Shown here: positions 24,348 through 37,692 of the stretch, in pieces
Numbering within the stretch: the stretch's first letter is position 1
How the letters are laid out: each line of letters begins with the position of its first letter
The notes under the pieces: model-generated
What the model was told of the DNA's origin: nothing
The model's input: only the letters and a program-made list of their open reading frames with translations
Database searches by the model: none
From: Felis catus
Taxonomy: Eukaryota
Assembly: GCF_018350175.1 (NCBI RefSeq)
Contig: NC_058377.1
Span: 101,122,001 to 101,186,000 of the forward strand
Direction: 5' to 3'
Length of the DNA stretch: 64,000 bases
Made by a program: the position numbers and the translations under genes

Positions 24348-24560
24348 TTTTTTAATTTTATTTTTTTTAATTCTTTTGTTTAGTTAGAGAGAGAGTGTGT
24401 GTGAGTGGGGGAGAGGGTCATAACGAAAGAGAGAGAGAGAGAGAGGGACAGAGGGAGAGAGAGAAATCTTAAGCAGACTCCATACCAGGACTCTGGGATC
24501 ATGACCTTAGCAGAAATCAAGAGTCAGATGCTTAAATGACTGAGACAGTCAGGTGCACCT
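24348..24560 (-). mobile_element. CanSINE
   Basis: gatcatgacc..aatcaagagtcagatgcttaa. Confidence 0.8.
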
Positions 24561-25321
24561 GGAATACAGTAACTTTCATTAGACAAACGAACATCACAGA
24601 TTTAAGAAAGAATAAGGTTGTGGGAGAACACATACTGATTTGTTTGTTAAATAGATAGCTAGAAATCACATGTCCCAGTTGCTTGGATATGCACCATAAC
24701 AATTCACTTCCTATTCCTATTTCAACTATGAATTCCTCAGTCGGGTAGAATGGGTTACTAGGACACAAACGGGAAACCACAATAGAAAATTGTTCAAAAC
24801 ACGCTAATAACAATAATTGCTGGCACCAATTATTTTGCATTTATTATTATCAGTCTCTGTACTAACCTGTGTTTGTGTATTATCTCATTACATTTACACA
24901 ATGAAAGCATATAAATACTTGATAAAAATCACAAACTAGTAATTGGTGGACTAACATCCAACCAACCAAATAACCAACAAACAAGCAAACAAAACACATA
25001 AAGCAAAACCGTAAAGCTATACAATTTGCCAATATCCTATATCGACTCCTTGAGTCTTAATTTCATTGAGCTTCAACTGTCTCTTCAGACAAAGAAATAA
25101 TTACATCCATCTTCTAGGACACTCTTGAAAATAATGAGAGCATTATTTTGAAATGGCTAGCATAGTTCTGGGTCCAGAGCACACACACTACGTACTGAAT
25201 AATGTTAGCAATCTTCTCCATATATTTCTCTGTACAAGTAACACAAAATGATCTAATTTGAGCAAAACAAAAGTAATATTTTTTAAAACATCAAAACAGG
25301 TCTTAAATCATTGATTTGACT

Positions 25322-25517
25322 TAAATTTTATTTATTTTGAGAAATAAGAGCATGAACAGAGGAAGGACAGAGAGAGAGGGAGACTGAGAACTCCAAGCAG
25401 GTTCCACGTTGTCAGTGCAGAGCCTGATGAGGGGCTCGAATTCACAAACCATAAGATCCTGACTTGAGCCGAAACCGAGAGCTGGATGCTTTACCAACTG
25501 AGCCACCCTGGCACCCC
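25322..25517 (-). mobile_element. CanSINE
   Basis: Reverse head and tail present. Confidence 0.88.
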
Positions 25518-25979
25518 AAGGCCTTTAACAATTTAAAGGATAGAGGTGTAAGCTGGGAAAAGAAAGTGCTGCCAGAGCACAATGATAGAGAACCATCAGA
25601 GCAGGTACGTCAGAATGAGAGAAAGGACTAGTTTATTTGGCCAAAGAAATGTGATTTTTTTTTTAAATTAAGTTTCAGAATGGCACTAAGAACGAAGACT
25701 ACTGAGAGGTAGTCTGTCGGTGGACAGATGAAGCAGTGAGGTGTGGTAGAAACTGATAAGAGAAAAAACAGCATAGGCAAAATATTTCCTATGGAAATAT
25801 TGAAATTCCCAAGGGTGATGACACGGAATGAGCTAAAGAGAAAAACCAGTGGCAGCTAATGAAAAGCTAACTGAATGCTAGTGAAAGTCACTCTGGCTCA
25901 TCAGCTTCTTATAGGTACCTATCTTTTATCATAGGAAATATACACAGAGCCTGTGTGTATATGGAAATATATACAGGCA

Positions 25980-25982
<3 letters not shown>

Positions 25983-26028
<46 letters not shown>

Positions 26029-26058
26029 ACACACACACAACACACACACACACACATA
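25983..26058. repeat. (TA)n(CA)n compound microsatellite
   Basis: Direct reading. Confidence 0.95.
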
Positions 26059-26368
26059 TATTCTTCTAATATTATAATCAATATATTTAATACAGTCATA
26101 AAACATTAATACATGTAATAATATAATTACATATATTCATCCAATAAGCTATATCTAACACTGAATAAAAAAAATGAAAGCTTGGTAAAACAGTGTTAAG
26201 AAACTGAAATTGGTTTTCAGAGTGTTCATATTTTTCAATTTTGTGAAAGAATTGGAACAAAAAAATTAAGATCTGACACTTTTAAGTGTTTGTGAACAAA
26301 AGAATCCGATTTAAATAAAACATCTTACTTTCTAGCATCTACCAGAAAAATCTATCTCATCATCTTTT

Positions 26369-26584
26369 TAAAATTTTTTTTCAACGTTTATTTATTTTTG
26401 GGACAGAGAGAGACAGAGCATGAACGGGGGAGGAGCAGAGAGAGAGGGAGACACAGAATCGGAAACAGGCTCCAGGCTCCGAGCCATCAGCCCATAGCCT
26501 GAAGCGGGGCTCGAACTCACGGACCGCGAGATCGTGACCTGGCTGAAGTCGGACGCTTAACCGACTGCGCCACCCAGGCACCCC
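26369..26584 (-). mobile_element. Young felid CanSINE just upstream of the OR8J splice acceptor
   Basis: TSD tatctcatcatctttt. Confidence 0.95.
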
Positions 26585-26646
26585 TATCTCATCATCTTTT
26601 AATCTCCTTCCATTTTCTCCTTTAGAAGATGAAAACCACCAAATAA

Positions 26647-27594
26647 ATGGCCCAAGGGAATCTCACCCCAGTGACTGAGTTCATTCTCACAGGAGTCTCA
26701 GACCTCCCAGAGCTCCAGATTCCACTCTTCTTTGTTTTCCTGGTGATCTATGGGTTCACTGTGGCAGGGAACCTGGGCATCATCACCCTCACCAGTGTTG
26801 ACTCTCAACTTCAAACCCCCATGTACTTCTTCCTCAGGCACTTGGCTATCATCAATCTTGGTGATTCTACTGTCATTGCCCCAAAAATGCTGGTTAACTT
26901 CTTGGCTTCAAAAAAGACCATATCCTACTATGGATGTGCAGCCCAACTGGGTGGGTTCTTAGTCTTTATTGTGGCTGAGATTTTCATGCTAGCTGTAATG
27001 GCCTACGACCGCTACGTGGCTATTTGCAACCCCCTGCTCTACGGGGTGGTGGTATCTCCACAGATCTGTCTGCTGCTGGTATCCCTCACATACCTCTACA
27101 GTCTGACCACAGCACTGACCGTCACCTCCTGTGTGTTCTCTGTATCATACTGCTCTTCCAATGTAATCAATCATTTTTACTGTGATAATGTCCCTTTGTT
27201 GGCATTGTCCTGTTCTGATACTTACATTCCAGAAACAGCAGTGTTTACCTTTTCAGGGACCAATTTGCTTTTCTCTATGATTATTGTTCTAATTTCCTAT
27301 TTCAACATCGTCCTTGCCATTTTGAGGATACGTTCCTCAGAGGGTCGACAAAAAGCCTTTTCCACCTGTGCCTCCCACATGATGGCTGTCACTGTGTTCT
27401 ACGGGACCCTTCTCTTCATGTATTTGCAACCAAGGAGCAACCACTCATTGGATACTGATAAAATGGCCTCTGTCTTCTACACCCTGGTGATACCCATGCT
27501 GAATCCCCTCATTTACAGCCTAAGGAACAAGGATGTGAAGGATGCATTGAAGAGTTTCCTAAATAAGGCGTGTCAGTCTTTCAAATTCATGTAA
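26647..27594 (+). CDS. OR8J2: Olfactory receptor, OR8J subfamily (OR8J2-like)
   Basis: 315-aa 7TM ORF with [74 protein letters not shown]. Acceptor ttttctcctttag ends at 26625. Confidence 0.93.
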   Translation: MAQGNLTPVTEFILTGVSDLPELQIPLFFVFLVIYGFTVAGNLGIITLTSVDSQLQTPMYFFLRHLAIINLGDSTVIAPKMLVNFLASKKTISYYGCAAQLGGFLVFIVAEIFMLAVMAYDRYVAICNPLLYGVVVSPQICLLLVSLTYLYSLTTALTVTSCVFSVSYCSSNVINHFYCDNVPLLALSCSDTYIPETAVFTFSGTNLLFSMIIVLISYFNIVLAILRIRSSEGRQKAFSTCASHMMAVTVFYGTLLFMYLQPRSNHSLDTDKMASVFYTLVIPMLNPLIYSLRNKDVKDALKSFLNKACQSFKFM

Positions 27595-30439
27595 ATTTAA
27601 AATTACAGGTGTCTTCTTTTAAGGGTTTCTATTTGCTCCTGAAAAGCTAATCTCTGCTAAGTGCAGAGACAATAAATAGTTAAAAATTCTATCAATTTCA
27701 ATGGTAAAATCTTAACCCTTTCGATTCCAACCTCAAATACGCAACTCTCCCTAATACAAAATGTATTAGCTGACCAAAGAAAGCACATTTATTTAAATAG
27801 TAAACAATAATTTCAAAATAAGCATATTTTAGAGCTCAACACAACCTGTTACTGGGGTTTTAGAATTTCTAATCAAGGAAGGGAAAGTCTGAGAGCTTGG
27901 AAGTTGGTTAAGAGTCACGTTATCTTCTTCGCCTAATATATGTTTTCTTCAGCTGTTAAAAGTTTTATTTTTACTTGTTGCAGTATTTTATTGTTCAATT
28001 TCTTAACCTTTTAGAATCCATTTTTATCTTGCACTTAGCATAAATTTAAATCACCTTTCAGGGAAAATAAAAACCAAACAAGAATGCTTAGATAAACATG
28101 GAAATAGGACACGTGGGAAAACAGAAAAAGAAAACACAAAAGAGGATTCCACTTTTTCATTCTTCTCACGTGGTGCATGTACACAAAGGAAAATGTTGAC
28201 ATTCATACCAGTGTGACATAAAATCAATATTTCCATGTCATAATCTCATAACAAACACTCATGTAGAGTTCATTGTCTGTATTATTGAACCATAACAACA
28301 AACACCACATCTTTTAGCATGTTTATTTAGTGTGCTTTGAAGTAAAGTGTTATTAGAACAAAAATAAAGCCAGTGTTCTCAAAGAAGTTCTCAAGGGCAC
28401 CAGTTCTCAAGGGCACCATGACCACACACACGTGTACACACACACACACACACACACACACAGTTAACAGTCATGATGTGTCATATCTCTGTACATTTAA
28501 AATGCTGCTAACTTACAATGGACTAAGGGAGACTGGTCAGGGCACGCAAGGGAATGCAAGGTCAGGCAATGTCTATGATTAAAGTAAATTCAGGAAATAT
28601 TCAGGGAAGTCAGAAACAAGCCAAATACAGGAACCATGACACTCAGGTCCATGAGCTAATTTCTAACTTTAGTCATGAATAAAGAGCAAAGCTGAAAACA
28701 TAAAGTCACCCTGTATGATGGATACTTCTGGTCTCATTTACATAGCAGGGAACATCTTCACACTTCTGGGGGTTGCACATGGGCATTTTTGGTGGGTAGG
28801 TGGGAGCATATTCTAAAACATTATGTCTGTCTCATTCACTATTACTCACAAAAGCTTACATACTATGTACCCTTTCTGCATGCATTACCTACAAAATGTG
28901 TCCTAAACAAACTACACACAAAGCCTTCTTTGAAATAAGGAAACGACAAAGCATTTGGCTCAAAGGTTCCAAAGTGTATGCGCACATACACATGCACTCA
29001 CATATCTCTTGTACACATTTATCAGAAATGATGAATCAACATAATCAACCAACCAGGCAGGCACATCAGCCCAGCACCAAGCGTCCATGGAATAAGATAG
29101 GGAAAATAATTTATATGTCAGCTTTGATCTCCAATTGATCAAACCTCATCCTGTGAGATGTTAAGTCACCTGTGCTTCCAGCTTCTCCCTACCTAACTGC
29201 TCTGCAGTTTCCATGGCATGGGTGTTCAGAGACAATAAGATCCCCCTAGTGGTGAGGGGGGAAAGAAGATGCAAGACAGTCATAAGACAAAGTCTGACCA
29301 CCTATAAAGCTAGGACAAACTTCAAATGACACCACAAGGCCCCTCATTCTGCAGCTGCCACAGAGGCAGTAGACTGACCTGACTCCGTAGGTAGGGATGC
29401 TCAGGGCAGAGAGCATCTCAAGTGCATAAATCTTGGGTGGCCCACCCTGAATCTTCTCAAGACCATGAAAATAAGAAAAACCATCAAACTTTCCCAAATT
29501 CTGCAGAGCAAATGCCATTTCATAAATTCAAACCCAAAAACTTACTGAAGGACTATTGTCACAGCAGCTCATTATGCTTTGAATCACCATGGTCATACAC
29601 CTTAATATTTTACTTATGTCCCAAGACATATATCTAGTATTAAATATTGCCAACTATATCAATAATCTAATACATAACAGAGATTGGTATGATTCTGAAT
29701 TTTTTTTCAATGCAAAAATTATATTGAGGAATTGTAAGTCTTCCAATGGAGATTTTTTTTAATCGCTTATGGTTTATATAAGTTTGGTTTGATCTATTAA
29801 TGTCATCTGCCTGGAAGTCCAGAAGCATTCACCAGATGTAAACATGACATAGGTCACATCTATCAACTCTCCTTTTCAGATGGCTATTTCCACAAGCCAC
29901 CTCCATGGCAATGAAAAAATATTGTCAAGGAAATCATTCAAAAAAGAAGTGACTTCACTGTAAATATGGATGGAGGGAGGCAAAATAGAGATTTCTATGA
30001 TAGCATCAGGTTTCTTTTGCTTAGAGAAACTTAGCTAAAGCCCAAACAAAATAATTCTCCACTGCTTTTCTTATATCATCAGACTTAAACCTTATACTAG
30101 TTCCTTGTCTTACTCCCTCTTTGTTCCGCCTTTTTTTTCTCTCTGTGTCTCAATAAAAGCTACAGATATTTTTTTTTCTTCTTTCCTTCTGTGCAAGGCA
30201 GAAGTACTACTTATGAAGCTTGATATTCTTCCACAAATTATGCCCTGTGGCACTGTCTAAGCTTCTGTCCAGGATTGGTTTTGACTCTTTCAATAGGTAA
30301 ACAGCCATTTTTACGAACAATCATTATTTGGGTTGGAGAAATTTTATTGACAGAATAGCTTTGGTAAACTTTTACCTCAGTACACAAAATACAAGACTTT
30401 GAGTTACCTAAAGTGTAAATATGAGTATATCTAGTTCTT

Positions 30440-30925
30440 AAAAAGCAAATGCAATGGAATATTACTCGGCCATAAAAACGGATGAGATTGTTCAATTTGT
30501 GCCAACATAGACAGACCTATGTAATAGATAGTAATAGGTAAATAGTGTAATAAGTTTGACAGAGAAAGGCAAATTCTATATGATTTCACTTACTTGTGGA
30601 CTATCCAAACAAAACAAACAGACCAACAGTTTCTTAAGTACAGAGAACAAATTGGTGGTTGACAGAAAGAAGGTATGTGAGGACATGAACAAAATACAGA
30701 GAGAGGATTAAGAGATACAAACTTCCTGTTATAAAATAAGTCACAGATATGGAAGGTACTATATAGAGAATATATTCAATAATTTTGTAATAGTAATCAA
30801 TGGTGATAATGGTGACTATACTTATCATGGTGAGCACTGTGTAATGTATAGAATTATAGAATCAATATGTTAGACACCTGAAACTGATATAAAATTGCAC
30901 ACTAATTCTATTTCAATTTAAGAAG
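30440..30925 (+). mobile_element. L1 3' end
   Basis: caatggaatattactcggccataaaa..gatttcacttacttgtgga..ggtgagcactgtgtaatgtatagaa..acacctgaaact. Confidence 0.8.
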
Positions 30926-31795
30926 CATCTGACTACAAAAGCAATTTTAGCTATAATTGTCAGAAGAGGTTACTAATGATTTTTTAAATATAAAGTGCCA
31001 AAAAAGTAATTTAAAATGGCTATTTCAAAGATCTAATAGTTTTTGTGAATGATAAAGGTTATGAATGTTTGCACAATCACAAAAAGTGATCAAGACATGA
31101 ACTCATGAGATTATATTACATTAATTTAAAACCTTTATGAAATAGGTGGGTAAGATATTTTCATGTTAAGATATGGATGCCTAAAACATTGCATATTGAT
31201 CACAGAATATATGACATTGGGGGAAAACTAATAGTTTCTTGATCTCTTTTGTAATAAATTTTCTCTCTGTTGGCTTCCTCTCTCATGATTTTTCGGCATT
31301 TTATCAGCATTGCATGGTCCACTAGAGGGAACTACAATCTCTGAAACAGAAAGGCACTGTAGGAAGCATTCAGGGCAAGTGCACAGTGCTGGAGAGATTG
31401 GCTGCAGATGGGGAGGTGCTCTGTTACCACAGGTGAGTCAGGCTACAACTCGGCCACTTCTCCACTCTTAACTGCCAGGAGGCTGAGATCCCGCCAGCTG
31501 GGTGCCCAGGAGGAAAAGCAAGATTTGGAGGTCATCCCCCAACCTCTGCCTCAAGATATGTGTCAGGGTTTTGTCACCTCGATAACTATTTTATCGGCAT
31601 TATCACTGTTGTAGACATTCAAGTAGTAAGATTAATATTAAATTAAATTAAAATTTAATTTAATAAATTAAAATTAACATGTATCTGTCTTTGTTATAAT
31701 TTCTGAACTTCTTTGTTGGCATGGATTATACTTAGTGCATGTTTCTATTTCAAATCTAGACCAATATTTGGATTCCTTAAGGAAAATAATGTGTT

Positions 31796-32013
31796 GGGGC
31801 GCCTGGGTGGCTCAGTTGGTTGAGCGGCTGACTTCAGCTCAGGTCATGATCTCTTGGTTCGTGAGTTTGAGCCCTGCATCAGGCTCTGTGCTGACAGCTT
31901 GGAGCCTGAAGCCTGCTTCAGATTCTGTGTTTCCCTCTCTCTCTCTCTGCCCCTCCCCCACTTACACTCTGTCTCTCAAAACTGAATAAATATTGAAAAA
32001 TAATAATAAAAAT
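31796..32013 (+). mobile_element. CanSINE
   Basis: TSD aaaataatgt. Confidence 0.92.
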
Positions 32014-32973
32014 AATGTATTACACCAAGAAAAACAATTTTATCTCTAAAAAGTTACATCTGATTTTAGTTATTTGTTGCAACTTTTACCATTTGTACAA
32101 GTCCTACATATTCATAAATTAGATGTCCAGACTATGATGTGCTTGGATACTGATAGTGGAATATATATTAATGAAAGAAACCTTTAAGTAGAACCATCTT
32201 TATTTAAATAAATTAAATGTACCTATTTTTCCCAAGTCAGAGACACAGAAGATATATCACAGATATGTTCATTCATAGGTCAGTGGGGACCACACACACA
32301 AAATTTTTAATTGTGGTGAGACATGTAAACATCAAAAGTTGGTAACTAACTATATGCCTATTACTATGGGAGCAAACCTACTGTAAATGAGGACAGAATC
32401 AGGTTATAGCAATTTTATTTAAATAGAAATCAACAAAATATTGGAATTCAGGTATTAAATGAATATAATTCAAAAACATATAATTGAGTGAGAACCTTAG
32501 ATATCAATGACCTATGTAATATGTTGTTCAATTTAAAGCATATGTCATATTTATTTTATAAAACTATATTCCATTGTAAAGACATTTATTAGTTTTTGTA
32601 AAGGAGGTACCTATGTGGAGAAGAGAAATACAAGTGGAAAGGGAAAATTAGTACTCAAGATATACATGGATGTAGAATTAGGGTGTCATGAACTCAATTT
32701 ACTCCTTGAGGTTAGAAAAAGAAATAAATATAGGAGTTACACACATATTCATAACTTTTATTCCTTCTGAATCTTTTAAAACGCTATAGGCCATATTTAG
32801 ATAATTTTGTCTTTATCCTCAGATATAAAATATGGAAGAAGTCTTTGCAGGAAATGCCGAAAATATGTACTTTGTAGGTGATTAAGACATATAAGAAATA
32901 ATCTATTAAATCCAGATACCTGAATAAATGCAATAAAAATAACAACTAATAAAAGCAGGTGAATTGTAGATGT

Positions 32974-32975
<2 letters not shown>

Positions 32976-33013
<38 letters not shown>
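32976..33013. repeat. (CA)n microsatellite just upstream of the OR8K copy 1 promoter module
   Basis: Direct reading. Confidence 0.95.
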
Positions 33014-33017
<4 letters not shown>

Positions 33018-33067
33018 CAAACAAACAAAAAACATTTCCTCAATAGAGAAATCCAAGTTACTCTGGA

Positions 33068-33248
33068 TAATTAGCAAACACCAGTGGCATCATTTCCTGT
33101 TCTCGGAGGCTTTGGGAATAACCAAGAAGTGCATTCAAGCTCCCAGGGGAATGTCGTGAAGGGAGGGGACACTCATAAATTCTTCTCACAACAGTCAGGC
33201 TCATAATCGCATGGGGGAACCAGAAGCCAGTCCTCGCTTAGGGTAAGT
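33068..33248 (+). promoter_or_regulatory. Putative promoter / first exon of OR8K copy 1
   Basis: TAATTA at 33068, perfect O/E TCCCAGGGGA at 33141-33150, CATAAAT at 33174, donor gtaagt at 33243. Paralogous to the modules at 41952 and 58521. Confidence 0.6.
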
Positions 33249-34179
33249 AGATGTCACTGATTATAATGATTGCTAGATTAGCTGCAGCAATGATTTTTGA
33301 TGGCTGTCTCCAATTTAAATGAAAGATATGAATATAGTCACCAATTCCAGACTCAGTAGATTCTATCAGGTATATTAATAACGTCTGTTCATAACCAGGT
33401 TTCTTTGGAGTAATGGTATATGTTTACCACTATTATTGTGTTCATTGAAGGTGATAAGGAACATCATTTTTATTTGTCATTATTCCTACATTTATGTTGA
33501 GATTCTAGACAATAAACATCCTGAAGGGGGAGTCAGCATTTTTTGCAAGCTCAGCTTAAAGTCACCCTATCTCCTTCCCTCCCTCTCTCTTTCCCTCCCT
33601 CCTCTGAGTGGGAGAGCAATGTTCTCCATTTAACCAACCCATTTATTTCATTTGAGGCTATTGGCAAAAGGTTACAGAATATCGACTTGAGATTGGGTGC
33701 TTACATTTGCATAAGAGAACATCCTGGGACTCATGTCCATCCTCCTGGTCCTGGTACAGCTCTCGAGTTTCTGCTTTCATCTAATAAGAGTCAGGTGTGA
33801 TGCTCAATTTCCTTGTTTCTTTTCAGGCAGTGCTTGGTTAGGGCTGGTAGGAGGAGGGCCACTTAATACTTACTCCATTGAATTTCAGAAGAACTCCAGG
33901 GTTTGTAAAATCACAATAAAATGGATGTTGGGATGAAGAGGTTTGGCCAACTGTACGAACTACTGTGGATTAGTCCTTTCTTTGGGTATAATTTTTGTAG
34001 CTTCAGGCATTAGACTTTGTCATTTGTTTGGTTGTCACTAGTGAATGTTTGTTATTGCTTTGCTGTCGATATTTGTTAATTTGAATAGATTTTTGGGTAG
34101 AGAAAATTTTGTGAAGTAGTTTTATCTCCCAAATTAAACTTGAATTTTTTATTTGTGGGCAACCAGAGGTTCTAGTTTT

Positions 34180-35200
34180 TAAGGTTATAAAAGGTTAACA
34201 TTTTAAGGTTATAAAAGTTTAACATTTTCTTATAATGTTAAGTCCTTGACCTTGTAAGGATGAGCAAATATCCGATTTCTTCATCCTATATAGGGATAAA
34301 CATTTTCCCTAGCTCCACTGAATAGTTCGATTTTGCATGCTTGTCCTAACATGCTACTTCAGTCATAAACTATAGTTCTATACATTCATGGATCTTTTCC
34401 TGAAGTCCTTATTCTGTTCCACTGATGTATGCCATATTGTTTCAATAATTCCAGCTTTATAATTTTACCATTTGGTCTTTTCAAAATGTCTTGCTTATTC
34501 CATATAATTTGTATTTTCTCAATGCCTTTGAAATCATTTTCAAATTCTACAAATATCCTTAGATTTCAATTGCAAGGGCATCGATAAAATAGACTAATTT
34601 CAGCAGAACTGACATTTTGTCACTGCATTGTGCAATCTAGGAACATAGTATTTGTACTAATTTATTTAAGGCTTCTATAATGTTTCCATAAAACAGTTTA
34701 ATTTTTCTCCTTTTAAGACTAGGTTCTACCTAGTTTTTATAAGATATCCTACAATTATGGAATTTTCTTTTTATTCTTAAGTTTTATAGCTTTTATCTAT
34801 CCTAAATATTATTAATTCCTCCTCTACTCATATGGTCATTTTGTTTTCTAATTCATTCTGATAATGTGGTGAATTCTAATTATAGATTTTCCAAAATTAA
34901 ACCTTCCAGCCAAATATGGAATCAACACAGCTTCAACAAGTGTTTTATAATTCTTATACGTTTTTAAAAGTGATACCAATAATATATTAGTATTGTTTAG
35001 GGTTTTATATCTATATAAGTGAAATTATAGGCCTGAATATATTGTGGTTTTTTAAATTATATTTTTATTTTTTAAATCAGGATTTTGTGCCTCCTAGAAT
35101 GAGTCACACTGTAGTCCTCATTTCTTATATATTGGAGAGTTTGAAATGATTTTTCCCCACAAAACTTTGGAAGCACCTACCTTTAAAAACAATCTGAAGG
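34180..35200 (-). mobile_element. Ancient L1 ORF2 fragment
   Basis: attctgttccactgat..gactaatttcagcagaactgacatt..tttatttaagg, a decayed L1 pattern. Confidence 0.5.
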
Positions 35201-36407
35201 AGAAAAGAGTTGGAAAAGTAGAGGTAGATAAAGTTCAATCCTTAAATTCAATGTGTTAGAACCAACCATTTTATGTATTTTTATGGAAGATGAAATAAAG
35301 GGGTAAGAATTGTGTTCAAATTACAATATAGTAAATATATTCCATTTCTGTCCATGCCAGGTCCTTTGGCTTTATCTGGATCAAATAATCATTTGTGCTG
35401 GTCCATGTACATTTAAACAGGTAAAATTTATGTACATGGAATAAATCATGCCACATCTCTTTCTCCTTGTTCCCTATCATCTTTGTCTTTCACTCATGTC
35501 CTTCATGAAATATTATTTTCCAGTCTCTAAGGCACTTGAAATAGCACTGCCTACTTTGGAGTGACATTTCTCTTTGTTGAATCACTATTTTATAGCAGTT
35601 TTCTGGATAATTTTAGGGGGTACATTAGCAAATACGTTTTAATAATTTTTATTTGCTTTAATATGTGCTAGAAAACTGTGAATACAACATTAAGCCAACA
35701 TCAGAGATATTAGTTCTTAGGTCAAAGAAAATGTGAGAATGACACTTAGTGTTTTTCTCATATTGAGTAACTTCTAAATGCAGGTCTCACTTGGTATGCA
35801 ACACAGCAAAAATCATAAACTGAAAAAAAAAACACATACATGTGCTGAAATTTCACATGCACTGTTCTAGAGAAAATAAAAGTTACTTATGTATGTTACA
35901 GTGCACATGTTGGGGACTTCTGCAAAATAGCTATCTTGTCTATCCTCAAAAAATCATCAACAATATTTAAAGCTCATAAAACCATAGTGAAATGATAATA
36001 TGGTTTCAAAAATGAAATGAACGGTGGAATGGGAATGCCATTAGTATGCAGAATTATAGTGAGAAAGTAAATCAAAGTCTATTCAATTAGTTAATCACGT
36101 TTTTCTCTGGAGGTTGAGACTAAGGTTGCAAGGGCAAGAAGTAGAGGGTATTCCTTTTATTATAATTCCTTCCAGTTTTTAAGCAAAAAACATTTCTAAA
36201 AAGGATATCAGGATTTCCACTCAAGATCAAACGTTTCTAATGATGCACTGTTGACAGATTCATAAAGGGGTTGTATATATTTGATAATTGTAGCTAGCAT
36301 TTGGCACAAAAAAAATGGCTACTATATATCTTAGGTTATAACACTTTCTAAATTTGGTTCCAGCTTCAATGTTGGTGGTGAGTCTTGTTTCAAGTCACCT
36401 CATCTAA

Positions 36408-36612
36408 ATTTTTTTTTAGTGTTTAATTAAGAGACAGAGACAGAGCGTGAGTCGGGGAGGGGCAGACAGAGAGGGAGGCACAGAATCCAAAGCGGGCTCC
36501 GGGCTCTGAGCTGCCAGCACAGAGCCAGACATAGGGCTCAAACCCACGAACTGTGAGATCATGACCTAAGTCGAAGTCAGATGCTTACGTGACTAAGCCA
36601 CTCAGGCGCCCC
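36408..36612 (-). mobile_element. CanSINE
   Basis: TSD aag(t/c)cacctcatctaaa. Confidence 0.92.
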
Positions 36613-36741
36613 TTAAGCCACCTCATCTAAAAACTTGGATTTGTCTTACCCATAATGACTTTGGGTTCTAAAATGGGAACAGATGCTGTCTCCAGAATCT
36701 CAAGGACTCTTGTGATGTTTCTCCCACAGCATTCTTCCTTC

Positions 36742-37692
36742 ATGGCCAGGATGAACCAACCAAATCAAACAGTGCTAACAGAATTCATCCTAATGGGAAT
36801 CACAGACCGGCCAGGGCTGCAGGCTCCCTTCTTTGGACTCTTCCTCAGCATCTATGTGATCTCAGTGGTGGGCAACCTGAGCATGATCATCCTCACCAAG
36901 GTGGACTCCAGGCTACAAACACCCATGTACTTCTTCCTCAGACACCTGGCTCTCACTGATCTGGGTTATTCAACAACTATAGGACCAAAAATGTTAGTCA
37001 ATTTCATAGCTAATCAAAACACAATCCCCTATAACTGGTGTGCCACACAGCTGGCTTTCTTCATCTTGTTCATCATCAGCGAGCTTTTCATTCTGTCAGC
37101 AATGGCCTATGACCGCTATGTGGCCATCTGTCATCCTCTGCTTTATATGGTTGTTATGTCACAAAAGGTGTGCTGGGTGCTGGTGGCCGTCCCCTATGTC
37201 TACAGTGCCTTTCTTTCTCTGATAATCACCATAAAGATTTTTATGTCATCCTTTTGTGACCATAATGTCATTAGACATTTTTATTGTGACAATCTTCCCT
37301 TATTAACTTTGTTATGCTCCAGCACACGTGACATTGAGTTGATAATACTGATCTTTTCAGCATTTAATTTGGTGTCTTCTCTTCTGATAGTGCTTGTCTC
37401 CTACATCTTAATCCTGATGGCCATCCTCAGCATGAACTCTGCACAGGGCAGGCACAAGGCTTTCTCCACCTGTGGATCCCATATGACAGTGGTCGTTGTA
37501 TTATATGCAACTCTATTCTTCATGTACGTGCAACCCAAATCCAGTCATTCCTTTGATACTGATAAAATTGCCTCTGTATTTTATACTTTGATAATACCTA
37601 TGCTGAATCCCATGATCTACAGTTTGAGGAACAAAGAGGTAAAAGGTGCCCTGCGTCGGATATGGAAAAATCTGCACAAACTGCCTATGTAG
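36742..37692 (+). CDS. Olfactory receptor, OR8K subfamily (OR8K3-like, copy 1)
   Basis: 7TM ORF with [46 protein letters not shown]. The ORF-track start at 36655 lies upstream of an acceptor (tttctcccacag, ends 36729). Likely start is the ATG at 36742 or 36751 (N-glycosylation site NQT). Confidence 0.9.
   Translation: MARMNQPNQTVLTEFILMGITDRPGLQAPFFGLFLSIYVISVVGNLSMIILTKVDSRLQTPMYFFLRHLALTDLGYSTTIGPKMLVNFIANQNTIPYNWCATQLAFFILFIISELFILSAMAYDRYVAICHPLLYMVVMSQKVCWVLVAVPYVYSAFLSLIITIKIFMSSFCDHNVIRHFYCDNLPLLTLLCSSTRDIELIILIFSAFNLVSSLLIVLVSYILILMAILSMNSAQGRHKAFSTCGSHMTVVVVLYATLFFMYVQPKSSHSFDTDKIASVFYTLIIPMLNPMIYSLRNKEVKGALRRIWKNLHKLPM

Noticed and set aside
29395-29435. ctcagggcagagagcatctcaagtgcataaat as an orphan OR8K-type promoter
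   Set aside because: The O/E site is poor, spacing is 27 rather than 33-34 nt, and there is no donor at the expected distance.
28386-34228. Short tandem duplications (agttctcaagggcacc x2 at ~28386; 24-mer x2 at ~34177)
   Set aside because: Ordinary slippage duplications; no array or CRISPR-like spacer structure.
36655-36741. 29-aa N-terminal extension of OR8K copy 1 in the ORF track
   Set aside because: It mostly lies upstream of a good splice acceptor (36729) and is absent from the paralogues; probably intronic or UTR.
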